A stretch of DNA of 64,000 nucleotides. Source: a virus. The notes below the pieces were generated by a model that did no database searches, had not been told where the DNA came from, and saw only the letters and a program-made list of their open reading frames with translations. Both the position numbers and the translations under genes were made by a program. The stretch covers positions 1 to 64,000 of IMG/VR virus record IMGVR_UViG_3300046777_002415, one strand, 5' to 3'. Positions 25,521 through 37,300 of the stretch are shown piece by piece; the first letter of the stretch is position 1, and each line of letters begins with the position of its first letter.

Positions 25521-26515
25521 GTTACGAGCTTTTCATTGATGGGTTTGATCACTATGCGACTGCGAACATTACAAAGAAGTGGCAGGAGACAACATCCACC
25601 ATTTACACGATAGCCCCGACATCTGGTCGGAGGGGCGGAGGGGCATTGAGCGTTGGCTCTTTCCCTAATACCAACGGCACCATCAAGTCAAAAACATTTA
25701 CAGCATCAAGTAAAGTTGTCGTCGGCTTCGCTTTGAAGATCACTACCGGGAGCCTTGGTGTTACGACCCGCTTTTATGCCGGCGGTGTACTGCAGTTCAG
25801 CATCGGCATGAACGGGTCTGGGCAGTTCTTCGCACAGCGCTCGGGGGTTGCGGTACACGCCACATCTATTAATTCATTTCCGATGGACTCTTACAATTAC
25901 GTGGAGATCGGTGTGCATCTGGCAGATGCAGGATCGTACGAGGTCCGCGTTAATGGTCAGTCGGCAGGATGGCTACCAGCTACAAGTTATGACACATTAG
26001 TCACTACCGGGGCTAGCATAAATCAAATCTGGTTTGAGCGCGTACCGACAGTAACTAGTGGGGCTTTCCTAGATGACTTATATATCGCGTATGGTAACGA
26101 ATTGAGGTGGCTAGGAGACTCCCGTGTTGATACCCTGGCGCTGACGGGAAACTCAACGCCGCAAGGCTGGATACCCAATACCGGCAATGCATGGGAGCAA
26201 CTCAATCAGGACGTAGGCTACATCTCTGCTAGTGCTGTGGGTGAGTCGTCGCTATTTGTGGTAGGCAACCTCACACATAACCCACAAATTATTCATGGTG
26301 TGCAACTAAACGGTCTTGCCAGCAAATCCGATACAGGGACACGAGCAGCAGCGCTGCTATTGAACTCCGGAGCGACGATCGAAGGCAGTTCTGTACCTTT
26401 GTCCGTAGACACGCTGTTAATCAGGGAGTCGTATATTCTGAATCCGGTAACTGCCTCAGCGTGGTCTAAATCAGATGTGGATGCCATGGAAGTTGGCGTG
26501 AAGGTAACTGCATGA
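25517..26515 (+). CDS. Minor structural protein (lectin/jelly-roll-like)
   Basis: LFIDGFDHY...YVEIG...EVRVNG...LDDLYI. Confidence 0.7.
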   Translation: MSYELFIDGFDHYATANITKKWQETTSTIYTIAPTSGRRGGGALSVGSFPNTNGTIKSKTFTASSKVVVGFALKITTGSLGVTTRFYAGGVLQFSIGMNGSGQFFAQRSGVAVHATSINSFPMDSYNYVEIGVHLADAGSYEVRVNGQSAGWLPATSYDTLVTTGASINQIWFERVPTVTSGAFLDDLYIAYGNELRWLGDSRVDTLALTGNSTPQGWIPNTGNAWEQLNQDVGYISASAVGESSLFVVGNLTHNPQIIHGVQLNGLASKSDTGTRAAALLLNSGATIEGSSVPLSVDTLLIRESYILNPVTASAWSKSDVDAMEVGVKVTA

Positions 26516-26712
26516 CGACGGAAGCACGACTTCATAGATTAACAGCCGAAACCTTATCGACAGCGGATGCATCCGTTAGGCTGCAGCGTCTAGTGAGCGA
26601 AGTATTATCGCCCAATGCGCTAACCGCGGACCTGTCTAGGTTGTCAGTAGAGGTGCTCGGCTCCTGTACCGTAGTGGTCAAAAAGCGTCCCATCACTTTC
26701 CTGATCCTTTGA
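26512..26712 (+). CDS. Small structural protein
   Basis: Internal R-L-x-x-E-V-L repeats; ATGA overlap. Confidence 0.6.
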   Translation: MTTEARLHRLTAETLSTADASVRLQRLVSEVLSPNALTADLSRLSVEVLGSCTVVVKKRPITFLIL

Positions 26713-26714
26713 CC

Positions 26715-27242
26715 ATGCCAGACTTCCCCGAAAACCCCGTCCTCAACCAGACCTACTTCAACGGCAACCGCTGGTACCGCTGGGACGGTTCCGCGTGGAA
26801 CCTGCAGTGGAAGATCCCAACGGCCAGCACGACTGAACTTGGCGGCATCATCGTCGGCGACAATCTGGAGGTCGATGAGAACGGCGTTCTCAGTGCCCCT
26901 CCCGGCGTCGAAGGCCCTCAAGGTATCGTCGGCCCCGCCGGCCCCGCCGGCCCCATAGGGCCACAAGGTCTCCAAGGGGTGCAGGGCCTGACTGGCCCCG
27001 CGGGCCCTGCGGGCCCGCCCGGGCCGGCCGGCCCGCAGGGCGAGCAGGGTCTCCAAGGCATCATGGGCCCGGCTGGCCCCATCGGGCCCCGCGGCCCGGG
27101 CATTCGCTGCTTCGTCGGCGGGATGCCTCCGGACATCACGGAAGAGAACATCCAGGAGGGTGAGTTCTGGATCAATGACGAGACCGGGGTGACCTACCAG
27201 TGGCACGTCTCAGCCTTCTCGTCGCAGTGGGTCGAGTTCTGA
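26715..27242 (+). CDS. Collagen-like fibre protein
   Basis: About 20 contiguous Gly-X-Y triplets. Confidence 0.85.
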   Translation: MPDFPENPVLNQTYFNGNRWYRWDGSAWNLQWKIPTASTTELGGIIVGDNLEVDENGVLSAPPGVEGPQGIVGPAGPAGPIGPQGLQGVQGLTGPAGPAGPPGPAGPQGEQGLQGIMGPAGPIGPRGPGIRCFVGGMPPDITEENIQEGEFWINDETGVTYQWHVSAFSSQWVEF

Positions 27243-27279
27243 TGTAGACTGTCGCAATACCGCTACACGGACGTAAGCG

Positions 27280-27714
27280 ATGGACATCCTCTATACCGAC
27301 ACGGACCAGATCCGCAGTTGCCTCCTCCTCGCCGAGGAAGACCTGCCCGACACCCTCTTCAATCAGGACCTGTACGAGCGCGAGCTGACGCTCCATCTTG
27401 GCGTATGGCTGCCCGACCACGCCACTCTGGTCTCAGGCACCAACCAGAACATCTCCTTTGCTCTGCAGAATTACTGCGCCTACTGGGCAGCCTACAAAGT
27501 CGCCAGTACTCTGGCCATCAGCGTCCCGCAGCAGGTCAGTGATGGCAAGAACATGCTGCAGCGCAGTCCCGACTTTGTCGCACTGATGACGGCGATGATG
27601 GCCGGCATGGGTGACGCCCGGGCGACGATCACCGCGGAACTGGGCGGAGCCACCACCTCGACGGTCACCCAGTTCTCGGTCGCGGGCCTGGCGGTGGATC
27701 CGGTCACCGGCTGA
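27280..27714 (+). CDS. Head-tail adaptor candidate
   Basis: Position and size. Confidence 0.6.
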   Translation: MDILYTDTDQIRSCLLLAEEDLPDTLFNQDLYERELTLHLGVWLPDHATLVSGTNQNISFALQNYCAYWAAYKVASTLAISVPQQVSDGKNMLQRSPDFVALMTAMMAGMGDARATITAELGGATTSTVTQFSVAGLAVDPVTG

Positions 27715-28304
27715 TGGGCCTCAAGACCGCCGCCAATTATTTCGTGCGGACACCCATCTACGGGTGGAACGGCACGACCTTCGTGCCGACCGGCGCCAAG
27801 GGCGCACTGGATCCTTACGACCGGTTTGTCTCTGAACGTGAGTTCGGCCTCAAGCGGCGGATGCTGCTGGTCAACCCGGACAGTCCGATACCGGCCCAGT
27901 ACTCCACGATTCGCATCGGCGCTGCCGGCCCGATCTATCTATTGGGCTGGATGAACCAGGACATCTACGCCGACCACCCCTACAGCCTCGTTTACCTGAT
28001 GTGCGTGGCCACCGAGGTCTGTCAGGTCGTCAGCCTAACCAAAACAGCCAAGGCCTCCGGCATGGCCTTCAGCACGACTGACACGCCGGTCGGTAACTAT
28101 CACTGCGTCACCGAGCGCGTCACGTTCTCCAACTCGCCTGAGTTCACGCAGATGCGTGTCACTGACGCCACGGTCACCTTGCCGATCGACTGCCCGGTCC
28201 ACGCGGATCACGAGATCATTGTCGGCGGGCACCGGTACGCCGTCCAGGAAGAATACAAAACCGCCGGCTTCCGGCAGGTCAGGTGTCAGGTGAAAAATGC
28301 CTAG
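27714..28304 (+). CDS. Head-closure / neck protein candidate
   Basis: Position; C-terminal beta pattern. Confidence 0.55.
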   Translation: MGLKTAANYFVRTPIYGWNGTTFVPTGAKGALDPYDRFVSEREFGLKRRMLLVNPDSPIPAQYSTIRIGAAGPIYLLGWMNQDIYADHPYSLVYLMCVATEVCQVVSLTKTAKASGMAFSTTDTPVGNYHCVTERVTFSNSPEFTQMRVTDATVTLPIDCPVHADHEIIVGGHRYAVQEEYKTAGFRQVRCQVKNA

Positions 28305-28743
28305 CAAATTCCCTCTCTGCGTGAAGTCGACGCTCGACTACACCGCTATGCAGATTGCTCAGACCCTGAGTCTGCCGGTTGTCGACATGGATTCGGCCGG
28401 CCTCTTCGCTGAGCTGCTCGATTCCGACGCCACCGCAATCGTCTGGGCCATCGGCAGCCTGTCCGAGGCTCCGACCGACCCGCTCTGGTTCGTCGACTTC
28501 GACATCGGCGCCAAGACATCCTTGGACCCCGCCCAGTACAAATCACTGGACGTTGTCGGCACCCTGACCGCGACCTTCAAGGTCGGCAAGGAGATCACCG
28601 TCAAGGACTACTCTGGGAACACCGCAGGGCCAGCGGTGGGGTCGCTGTTTATCACCAACGTGATCGCTTCCCCGTCGCAGCCGGATCGGCTGTCTGGAGT
28701 GCGGCTGATCAACGTGCAGGCGCGGGCGATGAGGACGGGCTGA
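28297..28743 (+). CDS. Tail terminator/completion candidate
   Basis: Position and size. Confidence 0.5.
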   Translation: MPSKFPLCVKSTLDYTAMQIAQTLSLPVVDMDSAGLFAELLDSDATAIVWAIGSLSEAPTDPLWFVDFDIGAKTSLDPAQYKSLDVVGTLTATFKVGKEITVKDYSGNTAGPAVGSLFITNVIASPSQPDRLSGVRLINVQARAMRTG

Positions 28744-29762
28744 TGGCTTCTCCCCGTCGCCTCAAGATCAAGTCAGCTACTGTCAAAAAGCTAACCAATG
28801 ATCTGGGCAACGCCGTCGCTAGGCGAGTCCGTCTGGACATCGCGGACCTCAACCCGCGCAGCCCGCTCAATAGCCGAATCGAGCAGGTCGTTGCGAGAAG
28901 GCAGGAGAACGTGGCGAAGGTGATGGCAGGGTATTACTCGTCCATGGTCCGAGAAGTGGCGAACATACTCCGGGACCCTCCTGTAAAAGCGTACGTGTAT
29001 CCCAGCGAATTCGGCACGATGGGGTTCCCGGCAGCTGATAAGGTCAACTTCAGCAAGTCGGTATCTCTTTCAGTGGGGAAAGGCGTAACAGGTGCGCCAA
29101 CTTCAGAGACTGTGAAGATCGAGCCAGGTGTCTCAACTCGAAAGGCATGGAGACCACTTTCCATAGGATATGCGGCATCTCTCAAAGGAACCCGATGGGA
29201 AGGTATGCCGCGCTCAATCAACTTCTGGCGGAAGACCAGCAAGCTGAATGCATTGATGGCTGCCTGGTACGCGCAGAACTACAAGACGGTTTTCCACGCC
29301 AAGAACTACAAGGTTGGGAAAATCACGAGAACCAAAAGACTTGGCAAGAACGTACCTTACGCACCGGGCAAGGTCATCAGCGGCTATACCGCCCTACCTC
29401 GCGAAGGCGTCATGGTCTCATCTAACACCAAGCAACTGGTTGCGACATACACGTTCGCTGTTCAGCCCCCGCGGTTAGGACACCCTGCGTTGGATCAGGT
29501 TCTGAGAAGATCCTATATCTCCGGCAAGCCGCAGAAGTACTGGCCGACTAGACCCAAGGACATATCAGTCTCCTACAAGGCCGGGAAACTGGCAGGCAGG
29601 ACCATCGAGCAGACAAGGCAGGTATCCCGGCTGGCGGAAGACCCTCGTGACTTCTACAGGCTGCTGCTGCCAGAGCATTCCCGCCCCATGCTCGCCCGCT
29701 TCGCCGCCGCCGTTGGCCGCAAAGAGATGGCAGCATTGCGCAAACTCTTGCAACGCAAATGA
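28743..29762 (+). CDS. Basic neck/tail-completion-like protein
   Basis: 339 aa, highly K/R-rich, coupled by overlap. Confidence 0.55.
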   Translation: MASPRRLKIKSATVKKLTNDLGNAVARRVRLDIADLNPRSPLNSRIEQVVARRQENVAKVMAGYYSSMVREVANILRDPPVKAYVYPSEFGTMGFPAADKVNFSKSVSLSVGKGVTGAPTSETVKIEPGVSTRKAWRPLSIGYAASLKGTRWEGMPRSINFWRKTSKLNALMAAWYAQNYKTVFHAKNYKVGKITRTKRLGKNVPYAPGKVISGYTALPREGVMVSSNTKQLVATYTFAVQPPRLGHPALDQVLRRSYISGKPQKYWPTRPKDISVSYKAGKLAGRTIEQTRQVSRLAEDPRDFYRLLLPEHSRPMLARFAAAVGRKEMAALRKLLQRK

Positions 29763-29820
29763 GACAGTTGTAACATCAGAACTGGAAATTTCCTTCAACC
29801 ACCATGGATAGGTACTAACT

Positions 29821-30675
29821 ATGGCATCACTAGGCGCCGCAAAAACCGGCAAGTTCGCGATCGGCACTGCAGAATTGCGTGTCGGACCCCTCACCCTGGC
29901 TGGCAAGCTGAACCGTAAGCACGGTGTCGGTCTTATCGATTCCGCCACCCTCAACGTCGAGCAGACATCTGTCGACCTGAAGGGCGGCTTCCCCCAGGTC
30001 ATCATGGACACCCAGGTCACCGACCAGTCTGCCCAGATCACTGCAACCCTCCGCGAGTTCTCTCGCCGGAACTTGGGTATCTTATTGGGTCAAGGTCTCG
30101 TCTACGACGATTCCAACGATACCAATGATGCCGTCACGGCCACTACCGCTTCATATACCGCAGGCGGAGCCAGCCTGGCTGTACCCGCAGGTGCCATCGG
30201 TGCTGGGGACACCCAGTTTGCAGGTGCTCCCTGGATTTCAGTGTGGAATCCGGCTGACGCAGCCGAGTCCGTCATCTCCAAAGTCTCCTCCTGCGCTGGA
30301 ACCACTCTGACTCTCGACTCGGAATTTCTCATTCCCGTTGACATGCCGTCAGGGGCTAAGGTCAGCAAGCTGGTACCTATCTCCGTCGGTAACGTCAGCC
30401 AGGTGCAGTATTTCTCCGCTCAGCTGATTACCATCGACCGCCAATCCGGACGTCCGAAGATTTCGAACTTCTGGAAGTTGGCTATCGGTTCCGGCATGTC
30501 TCTGGCCAACAATGCCACTGACTTCGCCTCGACCGAAATGGTGTTGAAGGTCTTGCAGCCGTCGCTGGCGGACTACGAAAAGGTAGGGTCCCCGCTGTAC
30601 CACCTGCGCAACATCATCGGCGCCTACCCGATGGGCATGATGGGCGAAGTCTCCGACGAGTCCATCGCCGCGTAA
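29821..30675 (+). CDS. Major tail tube protein
   Basis: Own promoter-like TTGCAA-N17-TAACAT upstream, terminator downstream, precedes chaperone and TMP. Confidence 0.75.
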   Translation: MASLGAAKTGKFAIGTAELRVGPLTLAGKLNRKHGVGLIDSATLNVEQTSVDLKGGFPQVIMDTQVTDQSAQITATLREFSRRNLGILLGQGLVYDDSNDTNDAVTATTASYTAGGASLAVPAGAIGAGDTQFAGAPWISVWNPADAAESVISKVSSCAGTTLTLDSEFLIPVDMPSGAKVSKLVPISVGNVSQVQYFSAQLITIDRQSGRPKISNFWKLAIGSGMSLANNATDFASTEMVLKVLQPSLADYEKVGSPLYHLRNIIGAYPMGMMGEVSDESIAA

Positions 30676-30696
30676 ACCAGTACATCTGGTCCTCCC

Positions 30697-30725
30697 AAAA
30701 GGCCCGCCTCGTGCGGGCCTTTTTA
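30697..30725 (+). terminator. Intrinsic terminator
   Basis: AAAAGGCCCGC-CTCGT-GCGGGCCTTTTT. Confidence 0.9.
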
Positions 30726-30740
30726 TTACTGGAGCATGGA

Positions 30741-31304
30741 ATGCTCGAAAAATTCATCGAACTCCCCGCTGACCTCCCGGCCCTCCCGCTGTCCTTCGGC
30801 CTTGAGGCTCTGATCGCCGAGAGGATCGGCCAAGACGGCCATATCTCGGCCCAGACCATTGCCGAATGTGCCCTTCGACTTTGGCCGGAAAAGGTGGTAC
30901 AACAGCATCTCGAAGACCTGTCTGCCCGATTCATCCAGCGCGTCGAGCGCATGGCGAAATCCCGGGAAGAGCCCGACAAGGGTAAAGGGTCCGAGAACCC
31001 CAAACGGAACTTGGGCGCCAACCTTCAAGAATGGACGCAATCTCTCGATCATACGGGCCTCTGCCTGTATCTGGCCGATTACGACCCCGAGCGGGCACAC
31101 CGCTTGTACTGGCGGGTCGAAGCGGATCTCCTCGAGCTGACGCTCCACGCGAAGCTGCGATTCGAGTCCACCAAACATCTCAATGCCCATGAGGCCGCGC
31201 TCTACGGTTTCGGGGGCAGCTATGCCGACGACGGCGAAGAAGGAACTTCTGTATCCGGGGAACTGGATGCGGGCGCTTTGAAAGATTTCGGTATCAACTT
31301 CTGA
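30741..31304 (+). CDS. Tail assembly chaperone candidate
   Basis: Between tube and TMP; GGAG RBS before ATG 30741. Confidence 0.6.
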   Translation: MLEKFIELPADLPALPLSFGLEALIAERIGQDGHISAQTIAECALRLWPEKVVQQHLEDLSARFIQRVERMAKSREEPDKGKGSENPKRNLGANLQEWTQSLDHTGLCLYLADYDPERAHRLYWRVEADLLELTLHAKLRFESTKHLNAHEAALYGFGGSYADDGEEGTSVSGELDAGALKDFGINF

Positions 31305-31316
31305 CGGAGGCCAAGG

Positions 31317-34300
31317 ATGGCTACTTCTCTACCCAATGAACAGATTGAGATTGGTATTGACCTGCTGCTTGGTAAGGTCAACGACAAGCAACTCGCCAAA
31401 GGCCTCAGTGATCTTGCCAACCGGGTCAGCGAAATTGCGGCCAAGACGTCGTATGACCCTACCGTCAAGGTCGACATAAAACTGGGGGACGAGAAGAAGA
31501 TCAACCAGAGTGTCGCCAAGGCGACTAAGACGATCAATGACGCCCTCAAGGACCTAGCCCCAGATAGCGAGGACGCCGGAAAGACGGTTGATGCTTACCG
31601 AGAATACTTTCACAAGTTAGAGCGAGCCCTCTCGGTCAACACGGCGGAGTACAGCAAGACCGTCCAGGCTAATTACGAGGCGCTAGCGTCAGGTAATGAC
31701 CGAGTGCTGCGTAAACTTGGTGATAAGGAATTGGCCGCCGCTGTTCGCTACGGTAACGCCTCGAATCTTCGTAATAAGTTGCTCAAGCAGGCACTGGATT
31801 CCTCCGCGTCAATCTTCAACCGGGTAGGCAAGGAAGGTATCCCAGTAAAGCCGGTAGCTGTCGATGCTCTCGATACCGAGCTCAAGAAGCAAGCCGACAA
31901 GTACAGGAACTTCAACAGGTTCATCAAGGACTCGAATGTAGAGGCTCGTGTTCAAGCTGTTGAAAATCGCAGGTACCGCCAAGACCTAATCAAGAAAACC
32001 CAGAAACGCAATATCGAGAGGCTGGGGGAGGACTTCAACTTCTCAGGTGTCCAGCGAGCATACCGTAAAGAGATCGGTGACCTGCTCCGAGATCAGGAAT
32101 CTGCTCCCCTGAAGGGAAAAAGAGGGCTACTGAGCAAGGACCAGATCGGCAAGCAGGTTCAGACCCTGGAAGGCGAGCTTAAAGCTGTCCAGGGGCGATA
32201 CAAAATCCTGTTCGGCAGCACCCTTCAGGATAGTGCCAGAGCCGCCGAGGCTGGGTCTACTCAGGCTGAAATCAGATACAACAAGGCGAAGGAGCAGATC
32301 GGCAAGGCAGGGCTGCAGACTACGGAGAGGAAAGTCGCTGAAACCCTTGCCCAGAAGGAGCTGACCACGGCCCTGAACGGGGCGTATCAAGTTCTGAAGA
32401 AGCTGGCCCCACTTGGCGAAAAGGAAAGCAAGGACGCACAGGATCGGGTCGAACGTCTACTGAGTGAGAAAGAGGCCCTTGGCAAGCTGGTCTCTGCTCG
32501 CAGGGATGATGCCCGGCTTCGCAACCAACGAAACACCCTCGAGGTCAACGCCGCCAAGTCGGATGAGCGTGAGCAAAAGCGTGTCCGTAACCAACGAAAC
32601 ACCCTCGAGGTCAACGCCGCCAAGTCGGATGAGCGTGAGCAAAAGCGTGTCCGTAACCAACGAAACACCCTCGAGGTACAGGCTGCCAAACGGGAAGAAC
32701 AAGAGAAGATTCGGACCAGAAGGGGCACCAATCAGCTCGAGGTACAGGCTGCCAAACGGGAAGAACAAAGTAGGCAAAGAGGCCTCAACCAGCGGAACGC
32801 GATTGACGTCCGCATGGACAAGGCCGGCTTCTCCCCCGACAACATCGCCAGCCTCAGAGAGCGGGTAGGCGCCCTTGGGTACCGCAAAGGCACCATCTCC
32901 GAGACCTTGAAGGGCATGGTCGCCTCCAACGCTCTCGGCGTTGATGGTGCCGTCGCGGACCTGCAGATACTAAAGACGAAGCTCCTCGACGTGTCCCGGG
33001 CTGCCAAGGATTCTGGCATCCCGAAACTCGAATCTGAGTTCAAGGGGCTGGCCAATGCCGTTGGCAAGGCTGTCGGGCAGGTCAACAAATTCGACAAGCG
33101 CCCGCCGGCCGAAGACTTCGACGCCCAAGTACGCGCCTACCGGACGCGCCAGGCCCGCATCGAGGCCCTCGGCACCGCCAGGGACGCCCTGTTCACCCAG
33201 GTGTCTTCCCTCCGGTCCATGATGAGTAACGCCCAGACCGAGGGCGACATCAAGACGCTGCGGATCCTGCTGGCGGAAGCGCTTACCGATGTTCGCCGCC
33301 TGGGAACAGAGTCCAAAAAGCTGGGCTTCGAAGAAGGCATTGATTCAGCCCGTCGCCTGAAGAAGGAGATCTCCGAGGTTGGGGATGCCTCCAAAACCAC
33401 GCTCAAGGAGATCAAAGGCCCAACTGCTGCTGAACTCCGCCGCGCTGAGAAGGAGCGCATACGCGCAGCCCTGATCGCTCAAGGCGAAGAGGCCTTTGCG
33501 GCCGTCGGTGGCATACGCAACTATGCCAAAATCGGCGAAGGGGATTACCACGCGGCCCAAGCGTACGCTGCCTATACCCGTGACACGATCGACAAGAGAA
33601 GGCCAGATATTGTCAACGATCCTAACCTCACGGAGGTTCAGCGATCGAAGGCGCTCAAGGACCTGAGCAAGGAGTTCAACACCGCCAGCAAGGCTGCCAA
33701 CTATCTGCAGGCTGAGATCAACGGCAACGTCGGCGCCCTCCGTCAAATTCAGCTCGCCGCCCGCAATTTCGCCCGTTACTTCATCGTCTACGGTGGGCTG
33801 TATCAGGTCGTCGGTTACTTTCAGCAGCTCGCCCGCACCCTAGTCGACTTCCAGGACTCCCTGAAATCCACGCAGGTTATCGCCCAGGCCACCGGCCGGG
33901 ATATGGCCGGTATTGGGGAGGCGATTCGCAGTGTGGCCTCGGAGTCTGGTGACTCCCTGCGAAATGTGGCAGCCGCGGCTGAAACGCTCGCGCAGGCCGG
34001 CACCTCAGTCAAGGATATTCCTGCCGCCCTCAAGGCCGTCTCCGACTTTGCATTGGCGACCGGCAGCAGCATGCAGGTGGCTGCTGACATTATCACCTCG
34101 GCCAAGGAGATATTCGGAGAGGATCTGACCTTCGCCGGGGCGGCTGACCAGCTGACCCGCGCAGTCAATATCTCCAAGCTGCGGGCTGAGGATCTCAGAA
34201 CCATCTTCAACCTTGGCGCCCAGACGGCCCAGTCCTCTGGTCTGTCCTCGGCTCAGTTCCTCGGTGCGTCCGCGACCTTGTCGAATCTGGGTATCAAGAG

Positions 34301-37300
34301 CTCGACGGTCGCCACCGGTCTGCGGCAATTGCTGCTGGAGCTCTTCAACCCCGACGAAAAGACCATCGCCTTCCTACGCAAGCGCTACAACGAGATCGGT
34401 GAGCGCCTGTCGGACGGGGAGATTCGCACCCGCTTCCAGGGCTTCCAAAGCTCCAACAACCCGCTGCTCGAAGCGCTCGGGGAATTGCGCAGACTCGGCG
34501 CGGCCGGCTCCGGCCGGGATGACTTCCGCCGGGTGCTCGATATCCGGGCCGAGAACGTCGGGCTACCGCTTATGCAGCGGCTGGACGAACTGGCGAAGAG
34601 CATCGCTCAGGTCAGCGAGACCGGAGCGGCTGCCGCAGGCGCTGCCGATCGCGTCAATACCCTGAAGAAAGCTATCGAGCAGCTCGGGGTTAAGGTCCAG
34701 CTTCTGGCCGAGGACTTGGTCGGCGATCTGCCCAAGTCGCTGGAGACACTAGCCAAGTCCATTGGCGACTTCATCGATCGCATTCGCGGCAAACAGCTTG
34801 ACTTGTCCCTGTCAGGGCAAGAGTCCTCAATCGATAAAGGCACTGCGCTCGAAGGCGGCTATGTCGGCTACGCGCTGGCTCGTACCCGGCTGGGACGTAT
34901 CGGCTCTGCTGCTGTAGGCATGCTGACTGGCGCGACTTCGTACCTTGGCGGCAAGGCCGCAGAGGCAGGCGACGGTGCCAAAGGCGAGGTCGTATCACAG
35001 GCTGTGCAAGGTGCCGCAGGCATAGCCGCCGCGATCGAGATCGTCAGGAAACTGGGCCAGTATGACTGGATCAGAAAACTGATAGGGCTCGGCGGAAAAG
35101 TCGCCGCTGTCGCCAAGACAGCAGAAACGGCCGTCGAGGGCGTGGTAGCCGCCGCAGAAGCCGCTCCCGCTGCTGTCGGGATTCTCGGCCGTCTCGGGGC
35201 ACTCCTTGCCCGGTTCAACCCGTTCATCGCGGTCGCGTCTTTCGCTTTCGCCGCTTATGAATTGTTCGATCTACTCCGGGAGAAGTTCAAGGGACCCGGC
35301 CAGGGCGCCAATTCCGAGGCAGTAGCCAGAGCGCTGGCCCAGCAACAGCAGCAGGTAGGCGAAGCCGAGGCAGCTCTCAAGCAGATCACTGCTGATAACA
35401 AGAGCAGCATCAAGGCGCAGGCCGATGAGGTCAACAAGCAGGTCTTGTCGTACAGCAGCACCCTGCAGGACATTTTTGGCAAGAATGCTGATGAAGCAGC
35501 CAAGATGTTGGAAGAGCTGGGTAGCGTACCGCTGGAGGCAGGCACCAAGCGCACCAATGATCTGCGGGCGCGGCTGGAAGCCAAGGCTCCGAAGGGCCTA
35601 GACGAGCGAAAGTTTGCGGAGCTCTCCAAGGCCCGGGCCGACTTCACTGCGGCCCAGAGCACCTTGCAGACGCTGGCCAGTCAGCAACTGGACAAGGCTG
35701 CCAAGATCGTCCGCGAAGGTCAGGAAAACATGGATGAATCCGAGAAGAAATTCTTGGAGGCCATCGACACCCTGAAAGACAGCCCGCTGTTCAAGCCAGG
35801 GGCATTCACTCCGGAAAACTTGGTCCAGGGCCTGAAGGATCTCTTCACTCTGCTGAACATCGAGATCAAGAAAGGCGAGAAGGTTCTCGAAGACGCCAAG
35901 GCCAAAGTGGCCACGACCGAGAACCAGCAGACCGGCCTTGATCTACGTAGAGCTTTTGGCGAGGGCAGCACTCCAGACACTCGCCAGCAGTTCGATATCT
36001 TCATCCGGAAGGCGACCCAAAACCCGACCCCGGAGAATCTCGCGGAGCTTCAGCGCATCAAAGCCGAGACCGCGAAGTACCTGCAGGAGCAGATCGCCGC
36101 TGCCCCGAAGGATGCGCCTATCCCGCAGGATATGGCCGACCGAATCACCAACCTGGAGGATGTCCAGAAGAAGGTCGATGAGGCCATCAAGACGTCGTCC
36201 GAAGCCTTGATGACGGCCGAGGAGAAGAAGAAGAAAGCGGACGCGGACGCCGCCGAGCAGAAGAAGATCGACGAGGCCAAGCAAAAGCGCCGGGCTGCCG
36301 AAGAGGATGCCGCCAATCTATCCGAAGAAGAGCTGGCCATCCTGCGTAACCGACTCGAGACCGAGAAGGACGAATGGGAAGAGAAGGTCAAGCTCGCCAA
36401 CAAAGAGAAGCGGTGGAATGACCTACTCAAGGACGGCGGTCTCATCGACAAGCAGTACGAGGCTCGCGTCAAGCTGGCAGAGGCCGAGCAGGGGCTTGCT
36501 ATCCGCGCAGTGCGACGGGCTGCTGACGATGCCGGCATCGCTCTGCCAAAGAACGTCACTGACCTCAGCGCCAAGGACCGGGTTCTCGTAAAGCGGGCTG
36601 AGAAGGGTCCGGAGGCGCTCGCCCGTCTGGATCAGGCCAATACCGCACTAGCCACCATCAAGAAGACTCGGGACGAGGCCAAAGCCTCGATACTCGAGTC
36701 CTCGAAGCAGGTCATCCCGTTCACGGAATCTGTCGCCTACAACGACCGCCAGATCGAGATCCGCAAGCTCAAGGAGAGGATCAACGACAGCGAGAAGGAG
36801 AGCCTCTCCGAAATGCTGAGCATGATCGACCAGCTGTACGCGCTGGAGATCGCCAACATTCAGGAGGAGATTGATCACGTCAAGAGCCAGAAGAGCAACT
36901 ACGGCACCGACGAGGAAGGCCAAGCCAAGTACAAGATCGCGCTGGCCAAAGCCGAGGATCGCAAAGCTGACGCCATCAGCCAACTAAAGCGCCAGCGGCA
37001 GGCTGTCATCGACCGTGCTGAGGTTGAGTCCCTCAAGGCTGAAGAGAAGTCGGTCATCGCGCAGCAAAAGCTGATCGTCGCCCGCAACAAACAGAAGGCC
37101 CAGGCGCCGGAGACCACCCGCCGCGGGGTGCAGGTCCTGACCGGGGTACCGCCGCAGATGGGAGGGGTGCAGACTTCTGGCATCAGCCCGAACGCAAAAA
37201 CAGCATACGACTATTTCATTCGCAAAGGCCTGAAACCGTATCAGGCGGCTGGCATCGTCGGCAACCTGATGCAGGAGTCGTACGCCCAGGTTGAGCCGAC

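Noticed and set aside
30741-31304. Programmed G/GT frameshift in tail chaperone
   Set aside because: A single ORF fills the space and no canonical slippery heptamer was identified.
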